Assembly (NCBI GenBank): GCA_033763455.1
Contig: JANRKO010000006.1
Coordinates: 256,001-320,000 of the forward strand
Origin: Polyangiaceae bacterium
GTDB lineage: Bacteria > Myxococcota_A > Polyangia > Polyangiales > Polyangiaceae
Length of the DNA: 64,000 nucleotides
Direction of reading: 5' to 3'
Shown: piece by piece, positions 56,001-64,000 of the stretch
How the letters are laid out: each line of letters opens with the position of its first letter
Position numbering within the stretch: position 1 is the first letter of the stretch
Translations under genes and position numbers: made by a program
Notes under the pieces: model-generated
The model's input: only the letters and a program-made list of their open reading frames with translations
What the model was told of the DNA's origin: nothing
The model's database searches: none

Positions 56001-59000
56001 CGCAGATGTGCTGCGCCGTCGGATCGAATTGGATTCAAGCGCTGAGGAGTTGGTCGATCTAAAGTTCCGCTTGGCTAAGACGCTGGGGAGTCATCTCCGA
56101 GACGATGCCGGTGCGCTCGAAAATTATAGAGAAATCCTGTTTCTCAATCCTGACCATGAAGGGTCGCGTCTGGCGCTCGAAGGCCTGCTCAAGCACAAGA
56201 CGTTGCGAGCGGAAGCCGCGAGCATTCTCGAGAACATCTACGAGGCGCAGGAATCTTGGGAGAACCTCATCGGCGCGCTGGAGATCTTGGCTGAAACCAC
56301 GGACGAAGTGCCACGGCGGGTGCAGCTCCTTCGCAAGATCAGTGCCACGGCTGCCGGGCAGTTGGGGAACGTAGAGCGCGCGCTCAAGGCCCAAGCTCGA
56401 GCCCTCAAGGAAGATCCTTCTCTTGCAGAGTCGCGCTTGGAGTTGGAGCAGCTGGCTGAGCAGGCAAACGCGTATGATCCGCTGATTCAGATCTACAGCT
56501 CGATTGCCGCTGACCTCGTGGACCCAGATTTGGCTCGTGAGTATTGGATTCGGCTTGCCGCGATCCAAGAACGGCTAGGGCGAGTGGATGCCGCTGCGGC
56601 GAGCTATGAGAAGGTTCTGAGCATCGATCCTAGTGACGCTGAGGCGCTGCAGTCGATGGAAGCGCTGTACCGTGGCACTGGCCACTGGGATGAACTCATT
56701 GGGGTGTTTCGGCGTCGCATCGAGCTTGCGGATGGGTCGGAACGAGAAGCCCTCTATGCGCAGATGGCACAAGTCTACGAGGAGAAGCTCGCGAAGCCAC
56801 AAGAAGCGATTCTCGCATACCGTGAGGTGCTGTCGCTAGACCCAACCAGTCAAGTGGCGTTGACTGCGTTGGATGGCCTTCTCACCCGCAGGGAGGCGTG
56901 GGTTGAATTAGCCGAGAATCTGGAAACGCAACTTAGCTTGGCTGACACGGAATCAGCTCAGCTTTCCCTCATGCTGCGTCTCGCCGCTCTGCGCGAAACA
57001 AAGATGAATGAGGTGGAGGCTGCCATCGAAGGTTACCGGCAGGTTTTGGATCGCGATTCGGTCAATCGCCAGGCTCTGGAGGCTTTGGAACGCCTTGGAC
57101 AGAACGAGGCGCATTCGTTGCTTATTGCAGAGATCCTTGAGCCACTTTACCGTGGCCAGGGGGATTTTCAGAAGCTGGTTCAGGTGCATGAGGTTCAGGT
57201 TGGGCGCACCGAGGACGTCAGCCGTAAGGTGGAGCTGCTGCATCAAATAGCAGCGTTGCAGGAGGATGCCGGCAACGATGTGAGTGCGGCGTTTGATACG
57301 TACGCTCGGGCGCTCGCCGTTGACCCTTCGCATGCGGGGACGCAAGAGGCGTTGGATCGGCTAGCGAGAGTCAGTTCACGCTTTCAGGATTTGGCTGCAG
57401 TTTTTGAACGCTTGGCCTCGGCACAGAAGGAGCCGGAGCTTGGAAGTCAGCTGTTCACCTTCGCGGCGCGGGTTTACGAGGCCGACGTAGGTGACGTTGA
57501 GCGAGCTATCGAGCTTTACCGCAAGGTCCTTGAGATCGATCCGACGAGCCTGCACGCAGCCGAGGCGCTGCAGATGCTCTTTCAGTCCACGCAACGCTAC
57601 GCGGACATGTCACTGATTCTGCAGCGTAAGGCCGATATTCTTGACGATGTGAGTGATCAGAAGAGTGCGCTTTATCAGGCGGCTTCGATCGAAGAACAAG
57701 TGCTTGAGCGGCCGCAGAGCGCCATCGGGGTTTACCTCAAGATATTGGAAATAGACGGTGAAGATAGCCGAAGCATTGATGCCCTCATCAAACTCTATCT
57801 AGGCCTTTCGCGCTGGGAAGAGCTTCTGAGTGTGTACTCGAAGAAGGCGGATTTGCTTGAGGATGCTGAAGAGAAGAAGCTGATTCTCTACCAAGTGGGC
57901 GCCGTTTATGAGCGCGAGCTGCGCGACGTAAGCCGTGCCATCGACACCTACCAGCGCGTCCTGGAGTTGGATCCAGACGACGTTTCAGCTCTTGGCCGCC
58001 TAGATGTACTCTACCAATCAGCCGAAAACTGGCAGGAGCTCCTCAGCGTGCTGACACACGAAGCTGAGCTTACCAGCGACCCGAACGAAGCTGTGAGCTT
58101 CCAGTATCGTATTGCGGAGCTCTACGAAAAGCACCTGGCGGACGTAGAGCGAGCCGTCGAACTTTATCGAGAAATTCTGAATATTCAGCCGGATCACGAT
58201 CCGACGGTGGCGGCTCTTGAAGCCATCAAGAATGGCAAGCAAGCGCCGCTTGCGGCCGCTTCAGTTCTAGAGCCCGTCTACGAGGCGATGGGGCATTGGG
58301 AGGGTCTGATCAGCGTGCTTGAGGTGCAGCAGAACGCCCAGCAGGACGCTTTTGCCCAAGTTGACCTATTGCACCGGATTGCCCGTTTGTTCGAGGAGAA
58401 CCTACGCAACCTGGAGCGAGCCTTCGACACCTACTCGCGGGCCGTTTCGGTCGACTCGCAGAACGAAGATACACTGGCTGCTCTTGAGCGGCTGGCAACG
58501 ATGACGGGGCAGTGGCCACGCGTGGCCCAGATCTACGACGCCGAGCTTAGGAAGCTGGAAAGTGAACCGGCGCGCTTTATCGAGCTTGGCCTAAGAGTGG
58601 CTCAGGTTTACGAAGTGCAGCTTGAGCAGACGGAAAATGCGATACAGCGCTACCGTCAGGTTTTGGAGTTGGAGCCAGAGAACCAGAGTGCCGTGCGCGC
58701 CCTCGATAGACTCTTTACCCAAACAGAGCGCTGGCAGGAGCTGAGCGAGATCTTGGCTCGCGAGGCTGAGATCGGTCAGAGCCCGGACGAGATACTCGAG
58801 TTCAAGTATAGGCTCGGGCAGACTCTGCAGTTGCGGCTGGGGGATTTGGATCGAGCGATTCAGTCCTACCAGGAGGTGCTGAGTGCGGCGCCGGAGCACG
58901 CGCCAACTCTCGGCGCCCTTGAGGCCCTGTTTGAGTCGGGTGTTAAGCAGCTGGAAGTGGGGGCGATCCTTGAGCCCCTCTACCAGGCAGCAAACGAGTG

Positions 59001-62000
59001 GGAGAAGTTGATTCGGGTGCGAGAAGCCGAGTTGCTTCACATCCAGGATCCCGAGGCCCGGTTGGCCACGTACCACCGTATGGCTGAGGACGCGGAAGAG
59101 CGACTCATGGATCCGGTGCTTGCCTTCAACATTCACGCGCGGGCACTCAAAGAAAGCCCTCTGGACGAGCGCTCGGGGGAGGAGAGTGAGAGGTTGGCAG
59201 CATTGTTGGATGGCGGCTGGGAACAGCTCGCCAATACCTACGCTGACGTGCTTGCGACTGAAGGTTTGGCGGCTGAGGTTCAGTCTCGTGTCGGGACACG
59301 CTTAGCTCGAGTCTTCGAGGAGGAGTTGGCTGACATCGCCAAGGCGGAGGAAACGTATCGCTATGTGGTGACGGTCGCGCCAGGTGATCCTGATGCGCTA
59401 TTAAATCTCGATCGGATCTACTCCTCGTTGGAGCAGTGGCCGGAGTTGGCAGGCGTTCTAGAGCAACGAGCGTTAGGTGCTGCCGACACGCTCGACAAGG
59501 TTGAGCTCTGCCGCCGTCTAGGTGAGGTTTATGAAGAGCGCCTAGGACGCCTAGAGGATGCGATTCGGGCGTATCGGATGATCTTTGACGGGATCGACAA
59601 GACGAACGAAGACGCTACCCGTGCGTTGGGTCGTATCTACGAGCAAACCGGAGCTTGGTCTGACCTGAACCGTGTTTATCAGCGCGAGCTCGAGAACGCT
59701 GTGGGCGATGTTCAGGAGGCGGAAATCCGGGCGAAGATGGCAGGGCTAGCCTCCGAGCGCTTGGGGGATATTGCTGGCGCGATTGAGGGCTGGAAGCGCG
59801 TTCTTGATCTACGCGGAGAGGATCCCGAGGCTCTTTGGGCCCTCGGAGGCCTGTATCAACAGCAAGGTCAGTGGGCTGAGCTCACTGACGTTCTTGAGCG
59901 GCATTTCGACATAGCGGAAACGGACGAGGAGCGCGTTGGGATCCTGACGCGGCGAGCCCAGCTGTTCTCAGAACAATTGGGGCGCGACGATGATGCTCTG
60001 GAAACCTGGCAGCGGGTTCTTGACATCGACTACTCGAACGTCGTGGCACTCCGTGCCCTGATCGATATTTGGCGGAGTCGCCAGAATGCTGGTGAGCTCA
60101 CGAGCGCCCTGCATGCATTTATCGATCGTGCGGCTTCCCAGGTGGAGCCCACCGATTTGGTGGAGGCGTACCGGGAGCTAGGTAGGCTTTACCAGAAGCT
60201 TGAGCAGCCGGTGGACGCGACGGAAGCCTGGCGCCATCTTTTGGAGGTTGGGCCAGGGGACTTCGAAGCGCTCGCTGGGTTGGAGCAGCTCTACCGCGAG
60301 AGCGAGGACTGGGAAAACGTTGTTGATGTGAAGATGCAGCGGGCCGAGGCCTTGGCGGAAGCGGACGAAAAAGTCCGCGAGCTCATGGAGGTTACCGAAC
60401 TCTGGAAAACGCAGATCGGGTCGGACGATTCCGCCACTCTAGCTTTCCAGAAGATCTTGGAGGTTGCACCTGCCCACGACTTGGCATTCAGCGAATTGGA
60501 GCGCTTGCACACCGCCAAAAATCGCTGGGAGCCCTTGGTTGAGCTTTATCTTAATCGCTTTGAGACACGTGAGGAAACCAAGGAACGCAGCCGCATTCTG
60601 CGCTCGATAGCGAATGTCTTTGAGACGCGCCTTCAGGACAACAATCAAGCGTTTGACGCCTTGATCAACGCGTTCGGAGAGGATTTCGCCGATGATGAAA
60701 CGGCTCGCTACCTTGAGCGCATGGCGCAAGCGACGGGGCGTTGGGGCGAGCTCATTAATACTGCCAATGCCTGGCTGCCCGAGCAAACGGAGACCAAGAA
60801 GAAGATTCGGCTCTGCCTGCGGCTTGGCAAGTGGTACGGCGAAGACCTCGGTCACCCCGAGTACGCGCAACCGTACTACCAGCAAATCATGGCGTTGGAT
60901 CCGAACAACGTGCAGGTGATGCGGCAAATGGCGGCGATTCACCGCATGAGTGGCAACTGGCAGAAGGTTGGTGAAATGCTGACTGCCGCCTTAGATGTTG
61001 CCGTAGCGAGCGATGATCGGAAGGCCATCTTAGTCGACCTGGGCGAGCTGCTCGAAAAGCACATGGGACAGGTGGATCAGGGGATCCCTTATTACAAGCG
61101 TGCGCTCGAAGTGGACCCACACTTCCTGCCCGCACTCGAAGCGTTGGAGCGGCTGTACTCGGAGCGTGGAGATAACCACGAACTGGTGCAGGTTCTGGCG
61201 GCCAAAGTTGGCTCACTCACCGAACCGCGCGCCGTCGTCCGGGACAAGCTTCGGATGGCCGAGATTTACGAGACTTCGCTGCGTGATTCTGAACGCGCTG
61301 CCGGCGTGTATCGCGAAATTGTGGAACTTGACGGCCGAAATCTCCAGGCGCTGCGAGGGTTAGAGAGGATCTCTGACGCTTTGCATAACTGGACTGAGCT
61401 TGTGGACGTGCTTGGTCGGCAGTTAGACGTTGTGGAAAGCGAGCGCGAGCGTGTGGAAGCGCTTTTGAAGCTGGCGCGAGTGAATGAGGAGCAATTTCTC
61501 AAGTTCGACGTTGCGGCGCAGCGCCTGGAACAAGCGCTAGAGATTTTCCCCGCAGAAGCGCGAGCCTATGAAGGCCTTGAGCGCTGCTATCGGCGGCGAA
61601 AGCAATGGCCAGAGTTGGTGAACGCGTATGAGCGGCACATCACTGAGGCGGCGGATCTGGAGAAGAAGATCCAGCTCTACGGGCATATCGCGGAAGTGTA
61701 CGCGCATGAACTCGATGACCCCCAGTTGGCCATCGACGCATACCAGAACATCGTAGATCTCGATGATACGAATGTTGCGGCGCTTGAGGCCCTAGGTAAG
61801 CTCTACGAGAAGCAGGAAGACTCAGCCCGTGCCATCGAAACGATGACGCGGGTTGCCGATCTAACCACTGACGGCAAGCAGCGCGTGGAGATGTATTACC
61901 GCATTGGCCGCGCCATGGAGGAAAAGCTTGGCGATAGGTTCGGTGCGCGTGAACGCTTCGAAATGGCGCTGGATTTGGAGCCCGCGCATCTGCCCACACT

Positions 62001-64000
62001 CGCAGCGCTCCGGGCGATTGCCGTGGACGAAGCGGACTGGGATCGTGCCACTCGCTATCTTGAACAAGAGCAGGAGCATACTGAGTCTCCGCGCGCACGC
62101 GCCAAGCTTTTGGTTGAGCTTGGGAAGATCCGCGAAGACATGCTTTCCGAGCACGAAAGAGCTGTGGAGGCGTTTGAGCTCGCGCTGAAGTTTGATGCGG
62201 ACAACGAGGATGCCGCGCTGCCGCTTGTGGCTGAATACAGTCGTACCGAGCGTTGGAGCGAAGCCGAGCCGTTGGCTGAGCTTCTGGTCCGGAAGTCCAG
62301 CCGCCGGGACCGGGGTGAGCAGCATGCTCTTTACAAGCAGCTTGGTAAGGTGCACGCAGCCCAGAAGCACCACGAAAAGGCGCTCAAGGCATATCAGCAA
62401 GCCAACCAGCTTGACCTTACGGATCAGGAAAGCATCCGTGGCATTGCCGACATGGCATTTGAGCTTCAGGATTGGGCGAGCGCTCTCACCAACTACCAGA
62501 AGGTGCTGACCGCACTTGGTGAAGACGACGTCGACGAACGAACGGATGTCTACTTCCGCCTGGGGTGCATCAAGCGGGAACAAGGCCAGGCAAAGCAGGC
62601 GATCAATAACTTTGAAAAGGCCTTGGGCCTAAATCCCGAGCATCGGCCCACGTTGGAGGGGTTGATCGACACGTACCTCAAAGCTGGGGATTTCAAGCAA
62701 GTAGCGGCCTACAAGCGCCAGGTGCTCGACAGCACGTTTGACGGTGCGGAGCGCTTCAAGATCTTGGTTGAGATCGGTGACCTTTGGGCCGAAAAAGACA
62801 ACAACGCCCTCAAGGCCATCGGCGCGTTTGAAGAGGCTCTTGAGCTTGAGCCCCAGAACCACGTGCTGTTGCACAAACTGCTCGCACTCTACCAGCAAGC
62901 CAGCGAGTGGCAGAAGATGGTGGATACCATCGCAGCCATTGCTGATCTGGAACAAAAGCCCGAGTTGAAGGCCCGGTACATCTACACGCAGGCGCAGATC
63001 TATCGTGACAAAGTGGGCGATGCTGAGCGAGCGGTGGAGCTGTTCAACGAATCACTGGATCTTAACCCGGACTACCTTGAGGCATTCGAGCGCATTAACA
63101 AGATCCTCACCACGGGCAAAGACTGGAAGCAGCTAGAGCGCTCTTACCGCAAGATGCTGCACCGCATCGCCGGCAAGGGGAATTCGGATCTCGAGCACAC
63201 GTTGTGGCATCAGCTGGGCCTCATCTATCGCGATCGTATGCAGGCGACGGAGCAGGCGATCGACGCTTTCCGAATGGCAGCCCAGACAAAGGCGGGTGTT
63301 CCTATCGTTCACCAGATTTTGGCCGAATTGTATGAGCTCAGCGAGCGCTACGACGAAGCCATTGTTGAGCAGCGTGTAATTCTCGGGGGTGACCCGCTTT
63401 CTGTAGACACCTACCGAAACTTGTATCGACTCTACTTGCACAAGCAGGCCTATGATCAGGCTTGGTGCCAAGCAGCGGCACTCGCATTCTTGGGCAAAGC
63501 GGAAGGCGAGGAGCTGCAGTTCTTCGAGGACTACCGGCCGAGTGGGATGTTGGCTGTTCAGGGGCGCCTGAGCAATGAGCTTTGGGTGAAACACCTCATG
63601 CACCCTGACGGGAGCATGTACATCTCTCGAATTTTTGAATTCATCGTTCCCGCAGCGCTGCAGGCAAAGGTGGCGCAGTTGAGGGCGCAGTCGAAGCTAC
63701 CCGTGCTTGACAAGCGGTTTAAGCAAGATCCCGCAACCTCTACGGTGACGTTCGCCAAAACGTTTGGTTGGGCAGCGCAAGTGCTGTCATTGCAGTCGCC
63801 GGAGTTGTACGTCCGAAGCGACGTTCCGGGGGCTATTGTGCCGGTTGCGTCGGCGCCCCCGGCGTCGGTGGCGGGCCAATCTGTGTTGAGCGGCTTCTCG
63901 CCGCAGGAATTGGCCTTCATCTGTGGCAAACACCTCGCCACCTATCGGGCGGAGTATTACATTCGTTCGCTGTTCCCCACTCAGGCCGAGCTCACCGTGA
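53014..64000 (+). CDS. Giant cytoplasmic TPR protein, AgmK/GltI-like (more than 3,660 aa, runs off the right edge; absent from the ORF track)
   Basis: GGAG SD then ATG 53014 (MNLEQRLNELE...). The same frame is open at the window end (IRSLFPTQAELTV), and the track lists no closed ORF in this frame. Dozens of A...Y..VL..DP....AL..L..LY.....W..L repeats; no signal peptide. Confidence 0.9.
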   Translation, partial: MNLEQRLNELESHNDWQGLVDALEGALAASTQAEEQAALHLRLGHVLHARFLHGVRALKHFQDAFKLNPTLLEALAAARGIYWELGKLNMVQKLLELQLKSTSDAKAASALQRELGNVFADEGAYERAAETYAKALAGAAGNAGEIGALLEDVQLGADQWQERIATLLRTAHGEANAATRAMYFVRASRIAQRFAPSEREAMLAQAYAADPTNVVVSTLYEGLLSDTERAESILAAQREILGKLENKAARGEAAFVFATRWALRHQNPEVASELFEDSLRLDPSKEAAFAYLRENYGARGGDWARVIRLADELGDRSTEGRRVAYLLAEGGTLAWRQLGDLIKARGFFERLAKLDPSHPSLLAFEAQIGEKLAGAALAGKPPTEVSATVAESSGAGTAKGEPSSNDVGSSADVRSSEGAPAPEAGVQVAAEPPPATEPKAAAVPAAARAPEVSEAQISKLRSQLAAQEEAKRYNEYVKTLVALGDAISDPTERVELYTKAADLYVNKFVNQAEAVKAYEKVFELEPSNALAVSYLREMYEKRRDWEKLISLRQREAEGLSNAHDRAVAYKEIALLATERLKKPEVCVGLWAIVLENDADDIEALNSLAQLYERSREYEKIADVLERLAELTHDTTEKVEILNKLGQVAGDRLKDDARAVEAYRTLLILQPDDRKAQEQLKKRYVTLGRWDDLEVFYSESGKWDEFIRVLETNESRAETPEQRIGMLMKVAELWMTQKGKPDRAARAYEKVLSLDANNLDAAERLMPLYMSANNPKGLASAIEVRLGHVSEPEDRLALLREVAALYEGRINDKDSAFERYLAAFQIAQTDEQSQADLERIAKSTGRWADVITAYRSAVSDADSSGDRDAATALRLRLGRVLVEEVQKVEEALVEYRAVYESEPTNESALGALEKLYRQTERWRDLLEVYTQKQQLADDPDQRKRILFGIAALHENELGAAASAIETYQSVLEDDPTDITALGALDRLYQLTEQWDAYADVLRRRIELDSSAEELVDLKFRLAKTLGSHLRDDAGALENYREILFLNPDHEGSRLALEGLLKHKTLRAEAASILENIYEAQESWENLIGALEILAETTDEVPRRVQLLRKISATAAGQLGNVERALKAQARALKEDPSLAESRLELEQLAEQANAYDPLIQIYSSIAADLVDPDLAREYWIRLAAIQERLGRVDAAAASYEKVLSIDPSDAEALQSMEALYRGTGHWDELIGVFRRRIELADGSEREALYAQMAQVYEEKLAKPQEAILAYREVLSLDPTSQVALTALDGLLTRREAWVELAENLETQLSLADTESAQLSLMLRLAALRETKMNEVEAAIEGYRQVLDRDSVNRQALEALERLGQNEAHSLLIAEILEPLYRGQGDFQKLVQVHEVQVGRTEDVSRKVELLHQIAALQEDAGNDVSAAFDTYARALAVDPSHAGTQEALDRLARVSSRFQDLAAVFERLASAQKEPELGSQLFTFAARVYEADVGDVERAIELYRKVLEIDPTSLHAAEALQMLFQSTQRYADMSLILQRKADILDDVSDQKSALYQAASIEEQVLERPQSAIGVYLKILEIDGEDSRSIDALIKLYLGLSRWEELLSVYSKKADLLEDAEEKKLILYQVGAVYERELRDVSRAIDTYQRVLELDPDDVSALGRLDVLYQSAENWQELLSVLTHEAELTSDPNEAVSFQYRIAELYEKHLADVERAVELYREILNIQPDHDPTVAALEAIKNGKQAPLAAASVLEPVYEAMGHWEGLISVLEVQQNAQQDAFAQVDLLHRIARLFEENLRNLERAFDTYSRAVSVDSQNEDTLAALERLATMTGQWPRVAQIYDAELRKLESEPARFIELGLRVAQVYEVQLEQTENAIQRYRQVLELEPENQSAVRALDRLFTQTERWQELSEILAREAEIGQSPDEILEFKYRLGQTLQLRLGDLDRAIQSYQEVLSAAPEHAPTLGALEALFESGVKQLEVGAILEPLYQAANEWEKLIRVREAELLHIQDPEARLATYHRMAEDAEERLMDPVLAFNIHARALKESPLDERSGEESERLAALLDGGWEQLANTYADVLATEGLAAEVQSRVGTRLARVFEEELADIAKAEETYRYVVTVAPGDPDALLNLDRIYSSLEQWPELAGVLEQRALGAADTLDKVELCRRLGEVYEERLGRLEDAIRAYRMIFDGIDKTNEDATRALGRIYEQTGAWSDLNRVYQRELENAVGDVQEAEIRAKMAGLASERLGDIAGAIEGWKRVLDLRGEDPEALWALGGLYQQQGQWAELTDVLERHFDIAETDEERVGILTRRAQLFSEQLGRDDDALETWQRVLDIDYSNVVALRALIDIWRSRQNAGELTSALHAFIDRAASQVEPTDLVEAYRELGRLYQKLEQPVDATEAWRHLLEVGPGDFEALAGLEQLYRESEDWENVVDVKMQRAEALAEADEKVRELMEVTELWKTQIGSDDSATLAFQKILEVAPAHDLAFSELERLHTAKNRWEPLVELYLNRFETREETKERSRILRSIANVFETRLQDNNQAFDALINAFGEDFADDETARYLERMAQATGRWGELINTANAWLPEQTETKKKIRLCLRLGKWYGEDLGHPEYAQPYYQQIMALDPNNVQVMRQMAAIHRMSGNWQKVGEMLTAALDVAVASDDRKAILVDLGELLEKHMGQVDQGIPYYKRALEVDPHFLPALEALERLYSERGDNHELVQVLAAKVGSLTEPRAVVRDKLRMAEIYETSLRDSERAAGVYREIVELDGRNLQALRGLERISDALHNWTELVDVLGRQLDVVESERERVEALLKLARVNEEQFLKFDVAAQRLEQALEIFPAEARAYEGLERCYRRRKQWPELVNAYERHITEAADLEKKIQLYGHIAEVYAHELDDPQLAIDAYQNIVDLDDTNVAALEALGKLYEKQEDSARAIETMTRVADLTTDGKQRVEMYYRIGRAMEEKLGDRFGARERFEMALDLEPAHLPTLAALRAIAVDEADWDRATRYLEQEQEHTESPRARAKLLVELGKIREDMLSEHERAVEAFELALKFDADNEDAALPLVAEYSRTERWSEAEPLAELLVRKSSRRDRGEQHALYKQLGKVHAAQKHHEKALKAYQQANQLDLTDQESIRGIADMAFELQDWASALTNYQKVLTALGEDDVDERTDVYFRLGCIKREQGQAKQAINNFEKALGLNPEHRPTLEGLIDTYLKAGDFKQVAAYKRQVLDSTFDGAERFKILVEIGDLWAEKDNNALKAIGAFEEALELEPQNHVLLHKLLALYQQASEWQKMVDTIAAIADLEQKPELKARYIYTQAQIYRDKVGDAERAVELFNESLDLNPDYLEAFERINKILTTGKDWKQLERSYRKMLHRIAGKGNSDLEHTLWHQLGLIYRDRMQATEQAIDAFRMAAQTKAGVPIVHQILAELYELSERYDEAIVEQRVILGGDPLSVDTYRNLYRLYLHKQAYDQAWCQAAALAFLGKAEGEELQFFEDYRPSGMLAVQGRLSNELWVKHLMHPDGSMYISRIFEFIVPAALQAKVAQLRAQSKLPVLDKRFKQDPATSTVTFAKTFGWAAQVLSLQSPELYVRSDVPGAIVPVASAPPASVAGQSVLSGFSPQELAFICGKHLATYRAEYYIRSLFPTQAELTV

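Noticed and set aside
53212..63941. Many short ORFs listed in the last 11 kb
   Set aside because: They are alternative-frame or antisense shadows of the single giant TPR ORF.
1..64000. CRISPR arrays, transposases, prophage or defence genes
   Set aside because: No regularly spaced repeats or recognisable mobile or defence proteins were seen.

Overview
Gene-dense, moderately GC-rich (about 60% by eye) core-chromosome window from a myxobacterium (Myxococcota; probably Polyangiales-like, which is an inference). The left two-thirds holds housekeeping and envelope genes: partial hrpB, a HAD hydrolase, two GT2 glycosyltransferases, a flavoprotein, polA, ihfA-merR-ssb, two convergent SGNH enzymes, a double-FHA membrane protein, a serine hydrolase, an isolated pilC plus PilS-like kinase, an MlaC-like protein, frr, a PP2C phosphatase, a cystathionine gamma-lyase/synthase, tRNA-His, an HDAC-family protein, ftsY and yraN. 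The right third is an adventurous-gliding (Glt) locus: two GltA/B-like beta-barrels, a CglC/GltK-like lipoprotein, gltC-D-E-F-G, an extra TPR lipoprotein, and a TPR ORF of more than 3,660 codons (AgmK/GltI-like) that runs off the window. I found no mobile elements, CRISPR arrays or prophage, and I cannot claim a clearly new system. The best leads are a rod-like candidate ncRNA at about 33086-33241, the rearranged Glt cluster with an unassigned TPR lipoprotein at the gltH position, a degenerate peptidase-like segment in the giant TPR protein, an ATGA-to-ATAA start anomaly in yraN, and repeated sigma70-like promoters with 18-bp spacers. All family assignments come from motif recognition and recall, not database searches.
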